This document shows, piece after piece, positions 41,446 to 48,650 of a stretch of 48,650 nt of DNA. A program made the position numbers and the translations under genes. The DNA lies in the NCBI GenBank assembly GCA_028867075.1, contig JAGWGZ010000002.1:1-48650 (forward strand). The letters run 5' to 3'. The notes below the pieces were generated by a model that saw only the letters and a list, made by a program, of their open reading frames with translations, was not told where the DNA came from and did not search any database. Every line of letters starts with the position of its first letter. Within the stretch, counting starts at the first letter, position 1. This DNA is from Nanobdellota archaeon. GTDB lineage: Archaea > Nanobdellota > Nanobdellia > Pacearchaeales > GW2011-AR1.

Positions 41446-42366
41446 TCATCTTGTCCTGAATTCAACAGTGTCGAGATCCTTCAATCTGTGTTTCAGCCCA
41501 ACTTTTTGTCCTGGGAATTTGCTGCTTGGCCCCCAAATTTTTATTTCTTTTATCTGCTTAAGAGGGGCATGAAATATCTTCCTGGCGACTTCCTCCACCA
41601 TAGAATCCGGCTCCAGTATAATTGGCCGTTCTTTTTTCACGTCCTTTCCCGGTTCTTTTGTATAAACTCTTATTTTTCCGAAATTAAGAAATAACCTGTC
41701 TCGCAGTTCAGGTATATTCCTGTTATTCCTGCATGAAATCATTACGAAGTCATACTTCCTGCTTTGCATGGTTGAAAATATCTTCCTAACCTCTTTTTCA
41801 TCAAGCAAGTCTGTCTTATTGAATACAATCAGTTTTCTCCCCCGTGCTTTCTCAAGATATTTCTTTAGAATCTCAATCTGGTTTAGATCAGTGATTAACA
41901 TCAAAATTACATCTGCATTGTTAACAATTCCCCGATCATAATATTCTGATTCTACCGCCGGTATCTCAACAATCTGAACCCGTGTTCCATGATAATCCAT
42001 CATCCCAACCACCGGCTTTCTGGTCTTGAATTCATATTCCCCGGATTCTGTTTTTATATTCGTAAGGCGTTCCAGGAGGGAAGATTTTCCCGAGTTTGTC
42101 ATGCCGATTATCGCCGCTTGCAAATCTTCTTTTTTGATTCCGGATTTTACTGTTCCCCTTTGAGATTTTCCTTTTTCAAGTTTCTCTTTCAGCTTTTTGT
42201 ATCTTGTTTTTAGCTCCGCGCGCAGCTTTTCAGCACCCTTATGTCCGGGTGCAAGAGAAATCATCTTTTCAAGCGCTTTCAGCTTCTCTTCCGGAGTTTG
42301 CGCGGCAAAATATTCTTTTTCAGATGCAATATATTCGGGATGTGCATTTATTGGCATGAGGAGCAC
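41446..42366 (-). CDS. DRG/Obg-like GTP-binding protein with C-terminal TGS domain (divergent G3)
   Basis: G1 GMTNSGKS, G4 NKTD, TGS-like IRVYTKEPGK...PIIL...VGLKHRLKDLDTVEF. The expected DxxG reads EIPA. Confidence 0.6.
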   Translation of the reverse strand: MLLMPINAHPEYIASEKEYFAAQTPEEKLKALEKMISLAPGHKGAEKLRAELKTRYKKLKEKLEKGKSQRGTVKSGIKKEDLQAAIIGMTNSGKSSLLERLTNIKTESGEYEFKTRKPVVGMMDYHGTRVQIVEIPAVESEYYDRGIVNNADVILMLITDLNQIEILKKYLEKARGRKLIVFNKTDLLDEKEVRKIFSTMQSRKYDFVMISCRNNRNIPELRDRLFLNFGKIRVYTKEPGKDVKKERPIILEPDSMVEEVARKIFHAPLKQIKEIKIWGPSSKFPGQKVGLKHRLKDLDTVEFRTR

Positions 42367-42461
42367 CCTGACTATCAGTGATCAGTTTTCTCTAAAAGAG
42401 GATTATTCTTTATCAAACTTTCCATAGTATATCTTTTAAAATTGACTTCATTTAAGACTTC

Positions 42462-43241
42462 ATGGAAAAAGATGAGCTCATTGAAAAGATTATGGAGAGG
42501 AGGCAGTTCTCCGGGATTCCAAGATCTGATGTGGAAAAAGCATTTGAAAAGTTTGATCGGGAGAGATATTCGGATGAAGAAAAGGTGAAGCTCACCCGAG
42601 ATTTCCTGCGAACAACATTTTCCGGTTTCTCCGGGAAGAAACTTCTTGCATCAAAGAATAAAAACCCTGAAGAAATTTTGCAAAAGCACTTGTCTACAAG
42701 GGAGAGATACGGCCTTTACGAAAGTCTTTATTCGAGAATCCTGAAAGATCTCCCTCAAGATATAACTGTTGTGGATCTGGGTGCGGGTGTTAATGGATTA
42801 AGTTACGATTCTTTTGGGAGAGCGGGAAAAAAGGTGCACTATCTTGGAATTGAAGCAATAAGGCAGATTGTTGAATTGGTTGAGAATTATTTTAAGGCTG
42901 CTAAAAAAGACGGAAAGATACTGCAACTGAGTATATTTGAACTCGACAAACTGAAGAAAATAATTCAGGAAACAAGGAAACCCCGGGTGATTTTTCTGTT
43001 CAAGGTTATTGATTCGCTGGAAAAAGCTGAGAGGGACTTTTCAAAGAAGTTATTGAAGGAGATAATGCCTCTTGCAGACCGTGTAATCATAAGCTTTGCC
43101 ACAGAATCATGGATGAGGCGCAGAAAGTTTCATGTAACCCGCAAGTGGCTTATTGATTTTATAAGAGAGAACTGGAATTTCATAGATGATTTTGAACTCG
43201 GGGGGGAAAGGTACCTGGTTATCACAAGAGAGCAAATTTAA
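42462..43241 (+). CDS. Arm/Rmt (FmrO)-family rRNA methyltransferase homolog
   Basis: Blocks collinear with RmtB as recalled: KHLSTRERYGLYESLYSRIL (LHASTKERL..LYDFIF), VVDLGAGVNGLSY (VLDIACGLNPLAL), VIFLFKVIDSLEKAE (LALIFKLLPLLEREQ), VIISFATES (MAVSFPTRS). Confidence 0.55.
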   Translation: MEKDELIEKIMERRQFSGIPRSDVEKAFEKFDRERYSDEEKVKLTRDFLRTTFSGFSGKKLLASKNKNPEEILQKHLSTRERYGLYESLYSRILKDLPQDITVVDLGAGVNGLSYDSFGRAGKKVHYLGIEAIRQIVELVENYFKAAKKDGKILQLSIFELDKLKKIIQETRKPRVIFLFKVIDSLEKAERDFSKKLLKEIMPLADRVIISFATESWMRRRKFHVTRKWLIDFIRENWNFIDDFELGGERYLVITREQI

Positions 43242-43264
43242 AAGGGAAGATACTTATTTTTAAA

Positions 43265-44467
43265 ATGCCAAAATTCATAAGAAAGGTTCTGGATAACGGG
43301 ATGACAATTCTATTTGAAAAGAGAGAACTGCCTGTTGTCAGCATCGCATTTGCAATCCGTGCGGGCGGAATAAATGAAGTCGCTGATGAAAGAGGAATAT
43401 CCCACTTTATTGAGCATATGCTTTACAAGGGAACCCCATCGCGCGATGCAAGGAAGATTGCAGAAGAAATTGAGAAAAACGGCGGAATTTTAAACGGGTT
43501 CACAGACGAAGAAGTTACTGCATTTTGGTGCAAGATACCCAGCAGGCATCTTGATTTGGCATTGGATGTTCTTGGAGATATGATAAAAAACCCTCTTTTC
43601 AATTCCAAGGAAATTGAGAAAGAGAAAAAAGTAATTTTTGAAGAGATCAAAATGATAACCGACAATCCTCTGATTTATTCGCGTGATAAAATTTCAGGAT
43701 GCCTGTATAAAGGAATTCTTGAAAAGTCCCTTATCGGGGATGAAAAAACGCTCTCTTCAATAACCCGGGAGAAATTGATTTCCCGCTTTAGGCAGATTTA
43801 TCAGCCAAATAACATGATCCTTTGCGTTGTCGGGGATGCGGACTTAAGTAGTCTGGTGAGATTTGCCGAGAGAAGCTTCAAGAAAGAATCAGGTTTTGTC
43901 CCCGAATCAAAGATTGTTCTGAATAATGCACAAAAAACCGAATGCCGAAGAGGAGTGACTCAGTCAAATTTTATTTTTGCACATCATGTTCCCCTCGCAG
44001 GAGATAAGAAAAGCTATGCCGCAGAGGTTCTAAATACAATTCTTGCAGATGGAATGTCCTCGCGGTTGTTTCATGAGCTAAGAGAGAAAAGAAATCTGGC
44101 TTATGCTGTTAAGGGTGGGTGTGAAATTAACAAGCATTATGCATACAACTTTGTTTACGTCGGAACTGATAAAAAGAATCTGGAGAAAGTTAAGGAAGTT
44201 ATTCTCGGGGAACTCAAAAAGATATCTAAGAATCTGGAAAAAAAAGAACTGAACCAGTCTAAAGAGCAGATTATAGGGAATCATCAGATTTCAACTGAAG
44301 ATTCACAAGCTCAGATGGCTTACTTAATCTCCGAGGAGCTCGCGGGAAATATTGATGAGTATTATAATTATGAGAAGAATATTTCACAGGTAAATCTGGA
44401 GGACGTGAAAGAGTTGGCTAAAAAAGCATGTTCTGAATACAGTTCTTTCACACTGATCCCAAAATGA
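43265..44467 (+). CDS. M16-family zinc peptidase (pitrilysin/insulinase-like)
   Basis: GISHFIEHMLYKGT (HxxEH inverted zincin motif) with a downstream Glu. Confidence 0.85.
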   Translation: MPKFIRKVLDNGMTILFEKRELPVVSIAFAIRAGGINEVADERGISHFIEHMLYKGTPSRDARKIAEEIEKNGGILNGFTDEEVTAFWCKIPSRHLDLALDVLGDMIKNPLFNSKEIEKEKKVIFEEIKMITDNPLIYSRDKISGCLYKGILEKSLIGDEKTLSSITREKLISRFRQIYQPNNMILCVVGDADLSSLVRFAERSFKKESGFVPESKIVLNNAQKTECRRGVTQSNFIFAHHVPLAGDKKSYAAEVLNTILADGMSSRLFHELREKRNLAYAVKGGCEINKHYAYNFVYVGTDKKNLEKVKEVILGELKKISKNLEKKELNQSKEQIIGNHQISTEDSQAQMAYLISEELAGNIDEYYNYEKNISQVNLEDVKELAKKACSEYSSFTLIPK

Positions 44468-45285
44468 TTCCATTTATTGTCAAAGTTCCCGGGATAAACG
44501 GGCTTGGAAAAACAAAGGGCTGCGAAAAAGCAGGAAATGCTGTTCTTAAATCATTAAATGAAATCTATTCAAACGAAGAGGGAAAGCAGATCAACACCAA
44601 ACTTCTGGACCTGGAAGAGATACACTTGGATAATTCTGATTTGGAAATGACAAATGACCTCATTTATAAAAATGCAGCAAAAATATTTAGCTCAAAACCT
44701 AGAGCAATCTTCTTGGGAGGAGATCATTCTATAACCTATTCTCTTACGCGGGCCTTTTTAGATCACTGCAAGGATGAATCAAGAAAGCCCTATCTGATAA
44801 TCTTTGATGCGCACCCGGATTGCATGGAAGCTCCGGGTTCACCGAATAGGGTTTTTCCAACTCATGAGGACTGGCTTAGAAGTCTCATAGAATCCGGATT
44901 TCCCGTTTCAAATATTCTTCTTATAGCGGCAAGAAATTCCGACGAAAGCGAGATAAGCTTTCTGAAGAAGAATAAGATAAAATCAATCTCAATGAACCAG
45001 CTCCTTGAAGACCTGGAGGGGGTGTGCGACGCCATAACAGAATTCTCCTCCGGAAATGAACTTTATGTCTCAATAGACATAGACGTGATTGATCCTGCAT
45101 TTGCGCCCGGGACGGGTTACATTGAGCCCGGGGGGCTCACAAGCAGAGAATTTATTTACATTCTTCAGAGAATCAACAGGATAAAATGTCTCAGAGCAGT
45201 AGACCTTGTGGAAATAAATCCGACAAAGGATAAAGAAAACCTCACAGTAAGACTCGGGGCAAAAATCTTAAGCGAACTCATATGA
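44464..45285 (+). CDS. arginase-family ureohydrolase (agmatinase-like)
   Basis: LGGDHSITY, IIFDAHPD and SIDIDVIDPAFAPGTG, which are Mn-binding motifs. Confidence 0.8.
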   Translation: MIPFIVKVPGINGLGKTKGCEKAGNAVLKSLNEIYSNEEGKQINTKLLDLEEIHLDNSDLEMTNDLIYKNAAKIFSSKPRAIFLGGDHSITYSLTRAFLDHCKDESRKPYLIIFDAHPDCMEAPGSPNRVFPTHEDWLRSLIESGFPVSNILLIAARNSDESEISFLKKNKIKSISMNQLLEDLEGVCDAITEFSSGNELYVSIDIDVIDPAFAPGTGYIEPGGLTSREFIYILQRINRIKCLRAVDLVEINPTKDKENLTVRLGAKILSELI

Positions 45286-45803
45286 GGACATTTATTTCAC
45301 TCAACATTCCTCCCGATATAAAAAGACAAATAATGAGAGTCCAGGAAAATCTTCCAAAATTCATGGGCAAGATTATAGAACCGGAGAACCTGCACCTGAC
45401 TCTTAAGTTTCTCGGAGATATCAGGGAAGAAAAACTTGCATTAGTTGAAGACATTCTCAGGAAGATAAAATTCAAAGAATTTGAAATGACCATTGATTCT
45501 TTGGGAATTTTCTCTTCCGGAAATCCAAGGATCGTATGGCTGGGCTCAAGCGGCTCGTCTCTTTTGCAGGAGAAAATTGATGAATCACTTTTTCCCCTTT
45601 TTGCAAAGGAGCAGAGGTTCATGGAACATCTCACAATAGCAAGACTCAAGTCGGTAAAAAATAAGAGGGAGTTTTTGCAAAAGCTGAAAGATATAAAAAT
45701 TCACAGGATGGAATTTCATGTAAAAGAATTCTATCTTGAAGAATCAGTCCTGCTTTCAAAAGGCCCCAGATACAAGGTTCTTGGCAGATATCCTCTGGTT
45801 TAA
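45282..45803 (+). CDS. thpR: RNA 2',3'-cyclic phosphodiesterase (2H family, LigT/ThpR)
   Basis: Two HxT/S motifs: LHLTLKFLG and EHLTIARL. Confidence 0.8.
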   Translation: MRTFISLNIPPDIKRQIMRVQENLPKFMGKIIEPENLHLTLKFLGDIREEKLALVEDILRKIKFKEFEMTIDSLGIFSSGNPRIVWLGSSGSSLLQEKIDESLFPLFAKEQRFMEHLTIARLKSVKNKREFLQKLKDIKIHRMEFHVKEFYLEESVLLSKGPRYKVLGRYPLV

Positions 45804-46483
45804 TCTGGATAGTTTTCATCAATTATCCCGAATACATCTGCTTTTTTCCCTATAATCTCTTCAATTTCATTCTGGGAGGCATTAAACAGTTCGCGCAGAG
45901 TCATGAAATGTTCCAGAAGTTTTTTTGCAGTTTTTGGGCCTATGCCCGGGAAACTTTCCAGTATAAACTGCATTCTCTCCCCCTTATCCAGATTCTTTCT
46001 TGAAATATTAAGGGATGCTTCTTTCTTCTGCCTCTTTGATAATACGGAGATGAACCTTGCAGTATCTTCCCCATCTTTAGTGAATATTATCGGGGTTTCG
46101 TAATCCAGGATAATGGAAAGAAGAAATCCGCGTACTGCATTTGGATGAACGCCATGAACAGACTTTTCATCAGAATAAAGTTCCTTCTCGTCTATTCCTT
46201 CTATTATCAGGATTCTGTTTTTATACTGCTGTAGATTTTTCAGCTGAGAGACAAGCCTTTTGTTTAACATTGATGAAATAAAATCACTGATCTCTTTTCG
46301 CTCTATCGCGACGTCATTTATGATATAATCCGCTACTTTAAGTTCCATAATTTCTGGGTTTAGACCAAGAGATATCAATTCAGAATATACCAGCGAATTT
46401 TTTTCCCGATAGTCCACGAAAACTTTTGTTTTCTCTTTTTCAGGACTTTTCTTTTTTGAAAAGATATCAAAAATATTTTCCAT
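45800..46483 (-). CDS. ERCC4-type nuclease (short XPF/Mus81-like) with C-terminal (HhH)2
   Basis: VADYII..VAIERKEISDFISS (ERK nuclease motif) and FPGIGPKTAKKLLEHF (HhH). Start set at the ATG at 46483 (MENIFDIF), which avoids overlap with the divergent pilin gene. Confidence 0.75.
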   Translation of the reverse strand: MENIFDIFSKKKSPEKEKTKVFVDYREKNSLVYSELISLGLNPEIMELKVADYIINDVAIERKEISDFISSMLNKRLVSQLKNLQQYKNRILIIEGIDEKELYSDEKSVHGVHPNAVRGFLLSIILDYETPIIFTKDGEDTARFISVLSKRQKKEASLNISRKNLDKGERMQFILESFPGIGPKTAKKLLEHFMTLRELFNASQNEIEEIIGKKADVFGIIDENYPD

Positions 46484-46557
46484 TTTTTTATTAAGCAACC
46501 GCCAAATTAAAATGTTTTTATGATAATATTTAAAAAAGATCAATACTATTCTGAACC

Positions 46558-47055
46558 ATGAGGAGAGGTGCCAGCAGTATAATTGCAACAGTGCTGCTGA
46601 TTCTGATGGTTGTTGCTGTACTAATGGGGGTTTTTATCTGGATGCAGAATTATCTTTTCAAAACATCCCAGGAAGCAAATGTTGACAAACTTTGTTCGGG
46701 AGTGCTCTTTACGGCGGCTGATTTTTGTTCTGAGACCTTATTGGTTCCAAATATCCAAACTGGCCAGACAGAACCCCGAGAGAGGCTTATCCTCAGCGTC
46801 GAAAATAACATGAATTACCCTATAGACGGATTTCTCCTTTCTCTCAGGTATAACGACGGAAGCTCCGCTCCGCTTTCCGTTTTATCCGGGCAGGTAAATG
46901 CGAGCCAAATAAAAAAACTGACCACTGACTTTATAGCCAGTACAGATAACATAAATGAAATAAAAGTCATGCCCCAGGTTATCGTGGGGAATAATACTCT
47001 GACGTGCAATAGCAATGCACAAACTTTCAAATGGAGCGGAGTGAAACAATGCTGA
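46558..47055 (+). CDS. archaeal type IV pilin-like protein (class III signal peptide)
   Basis: MRRGASSIIATVLLILMVVAVLMGVFIW matches the archaeal prepilin/archaellin N-terminal domain (R/K-G-x-S then a hydrophobic helix). Confidence 0.7.
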   Translation: MRRGASSIIATVLLILMVVAVLMGVFIWMQNYLFKTSQEANVDKLCSGVLFTAADFCSETLLVPNIQTGQTEPRERLILSVENNMNYPIDGFLLSLRYNDGSSAPLSVLSGQVNASQIKKLTTDFIASTDNINEIKVMPQVIVGNNTLTCNSNAQTFKWSGVKQC

Positions 47056-48650
47056 ATAAAAAATTCTTTTTGGTTTTTGCATTTTTTATGCTAGTTGCGG
47101 TTTCGCTAAACTTTGGTTCTGCTTATGTAAGTCTTAACCCCTGGAATGCAATTCTCGGGGGAAATATTAATTTCAGCATTTCTGACTCCAGTTTCAGCCC
47201 TTTCGTTTATTTTTATGATTACTCAGGACATTTTTTAGAGACCGTTAACCTCGGATGCGGAGGCGTTTCAGGGTATTGTTCCGGCCCACAAACTTTTTCA
47301 GTCCCTCTTTCATCAAGCATTTTTCCTTTAGGAGTATATAGGTTTGACATTTATTCCTACTCTCAAAATTCATGGATTAGCACCTATTTTGATGTAAGTT
47401 CCTACTCTTCTTATACCAAAACCTGTTCCGACGGGACTGTGGCAGGGACATGCTCATCAACAAAACCCCTTGATTGTCTTGGAAGCTCTTTGGATAGTGG
47501 CGCTCTTGGATTTGTAAATAACTGCCAATTGTGCGGATGTGACAGCGGTTCTGTTTGCCAAAGTGATGGAAGTTGTGCTTTATCCTCACAGGCCCCGGCT
47601 CCTGTAACTTCTGGGGGGCTCTCAGTAGCAAATTCTGTAACGGTTAACGTCGGAAACTCCGTGACTATTCCGATAAGCGGTGGAAGCGGAGTTTATGGAC
47701 TTGCTTCACACCCCAATACAGCTTATGCTTATGCATCTGTTTCAGGAAGCCATGTTACTATTACAGGGGTTGCTGCCGGAGCCACTGATGTTGTTATAAC
47801 AGATAGCAACAGCAACACCGCGACAATTTCCATAACAGTTATGCCCTCATCTATTTCAACATGTACTGATTCTGATAATGGAAGTATTTATGTGCAGGGA
47901 ACAGTAACCACTCTCTCCGGCTCTTATACAGATGGGTGTTTTCCTGATGGAGCAACCCTCTCTGATGGATATTGTTACGGTCCAAATAGCATCGGGATAA
48001 AAAACGTTGTTTGCCCTGCAGGGTGCGTTAATGGGGCTTGTGTTCAATCAAGCTCTTCAGCCGCTTCGCCTTCTTCTGCAAATTTGAATACAGCACCCTC
48101 CATTCCGCCTGTTGGTCCAAATGAAAAATATTCTGCATTATATTCTCCGAAAGAGACATTTTTGGTTTCTGATGCAAACTGGGGGGATGTCCTTCCAATG
48201 GTTTCCGCTACAACATGGACAGACAGCAATGGAAACGTGCAAAAATATCCTCTTTTGATTTATCACGAGGAAAATCAGAGCATAACCACGCATTATCAAA
48301 ACGCATTTTCTTCAAATGCCCAGGGATATCCCAGCAATGTCGTATATGCCTATTCCATTGACGGCAATAATATTGCTTATATTACTAACGGTGACATCTA
48401 TTTGTTTAATACCCAGACCTTGCAGGATACTTTAATTGCAACCCCGCCATCTCTTGATGATTTCTGGACATCTATAAGGACTGTTTCTATTTCCGGAGAC
48501 AATATTGTGTGGATTGAACAAGATTCTTCAAACAAGACAGGCACGGATATTACTCCTGTTCCATATGTTTACAAGATTTATTCCTATAATCTGAAAAACC
48601 AAGCTCAGACATTATTGAGCTCTTTTAATGTTGACCCTAGTTCAGGTACT
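47049..48650 (+). CDS. large secreted Cys/Ser-rich surface protein (3'-truncated by window edge), not in the ORF track
   Basis: I translated all 534 codons by hand and found no stop. It has a signal peptide MLNKKFFLVFAFFMLVAVSLNFGSA and a Big_2-like Ig segment (VTVNVGNSVTIPISGG...VTITGVAAGATDVVITDSNSNTATISITV). It also has Cys-rich modules and beta-propeller-like repeats (IDGNNIAYITNGDIYLFN, ISGDNIVWIEQD). The ATG overlaps the pilin stop. Confidence 0.7.
   Translation, partial: MLNKKFFLVFAFFMLVAVSLNFGSAYVSLNPWNAILGGNINFSISDSSFSPFVYFYDYSGHFLETVNLGCGGVSGYCSGPQTFSVPLSSSIFPLGVYRFDIYSYSQNSWISTYFDVSSYSSYTKTCSDGTVAGTCSSTKPLDCLGSSLDSGALGFVNNCQLCGCDSGSVCQSDGSCALSSQAPAPVTSGGLSVANSVTVNVGNSVTIPISGGSGVYGLASHPNTAYAYASVSGSHVTITGVAAGATDVVITDSNSNTATISITVMPSSISTCTDSDNGSIYVQGTVTTLSGSYTDGCFPDGATLSDGYCYGPNSIGIKNVVCPAGCVNGACVQSSSSAASPSSANLNTAPSIPPVGPNEKYSALYSPKETFLVSDANWGDVLPMVSATTWTDSNGNVQKYPLLIYHEENQSITTHYQNAFSSNAQGYPSNVVYAYSIDGNNIAYITNGDIYLFNTQTLQDTLIATPPSLDDFWTSIRTVSISGDNIVWIEQDSSNKTGTDITPVPYVYKIYSYNLKNQAQTLLSSFNVDPSSGT

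Overview
AT-rich archaeal chromosomal window. The gene content (PolD DP1/DP2, Orc1/Cdc6, RNAP subunits D/F/N, L18e, L21e, Rpp21, intron-containing tRNA, archaeal type IV pilin) and the very tight gene packing suggest a small-genome, DPANN-like archaeon; that lineage call is inference. Layout: (i) 1-14730 is a surface-glycan biosynthesis island. It holds several glycosyltransferases including a GT17 homolog, dTDP-sugar genes, an aminotransferase plus acetyltransferase, a Wzx flippase, and an 894-aa SDR-cupin-C-methyltransferase fusion. (ii) 14798-17222 is secD/secF. (iii) 17231-24153 holds translation and transcription genes: tRNA-Gly with a 63-nt intron, tRNA-Arg, two tRNA-Leu, an orphan 5S rRNA, S13-S4-S11-RpoD, L21e-RpoF-DUF655, RpoN, Rpp21 and L18e-L13-S9. 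(iv) 24154-30835 is an accessory region next to the origin and is the most interesting part. It contains a five-gene translationally coupled operon: APH-type kinase, small serine recombinase, 56-aa membrane peptide, HAD hydrolase, and a Zn-ribbon protein that keeps only the recombinase domain. It also contains a perfect 8-2-8 palindrome with extra half-sites, a 107-codon reading frame interrupted only by two TGA codons, two convergent coiled-coil/winged-helix paralogs whose linkers and upstream region carry a shared CAAACAG/CTGTTTG DNA motif (including an out-of-frame 8-nt tandem repeat), and a PRC-barrel / SecB-like / wHTH gene string. (v) 30836-37645 is a predicted oriC (ORB-like repeats around an AT-rich unwinding element) followed by cdc6-polD small-polD large. 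(vi) 37646-48650 holds housekeeping and miscellaneous genes: TyrRS, nitrilase-family hydrolase, ATP-grasp ligase, DRG-like GTPase, an Arm/Rmt (FmrO)-like rRNA methyltransferase homolog, M16 peptidase, agmatinase-like protein, ThpR, short XPF nuclease, a pilin, and a large Cys-rich secreted protein that runs off the window. No CRISPR array was seen. All functional calls come from motif recognition by eye; no database search was run.
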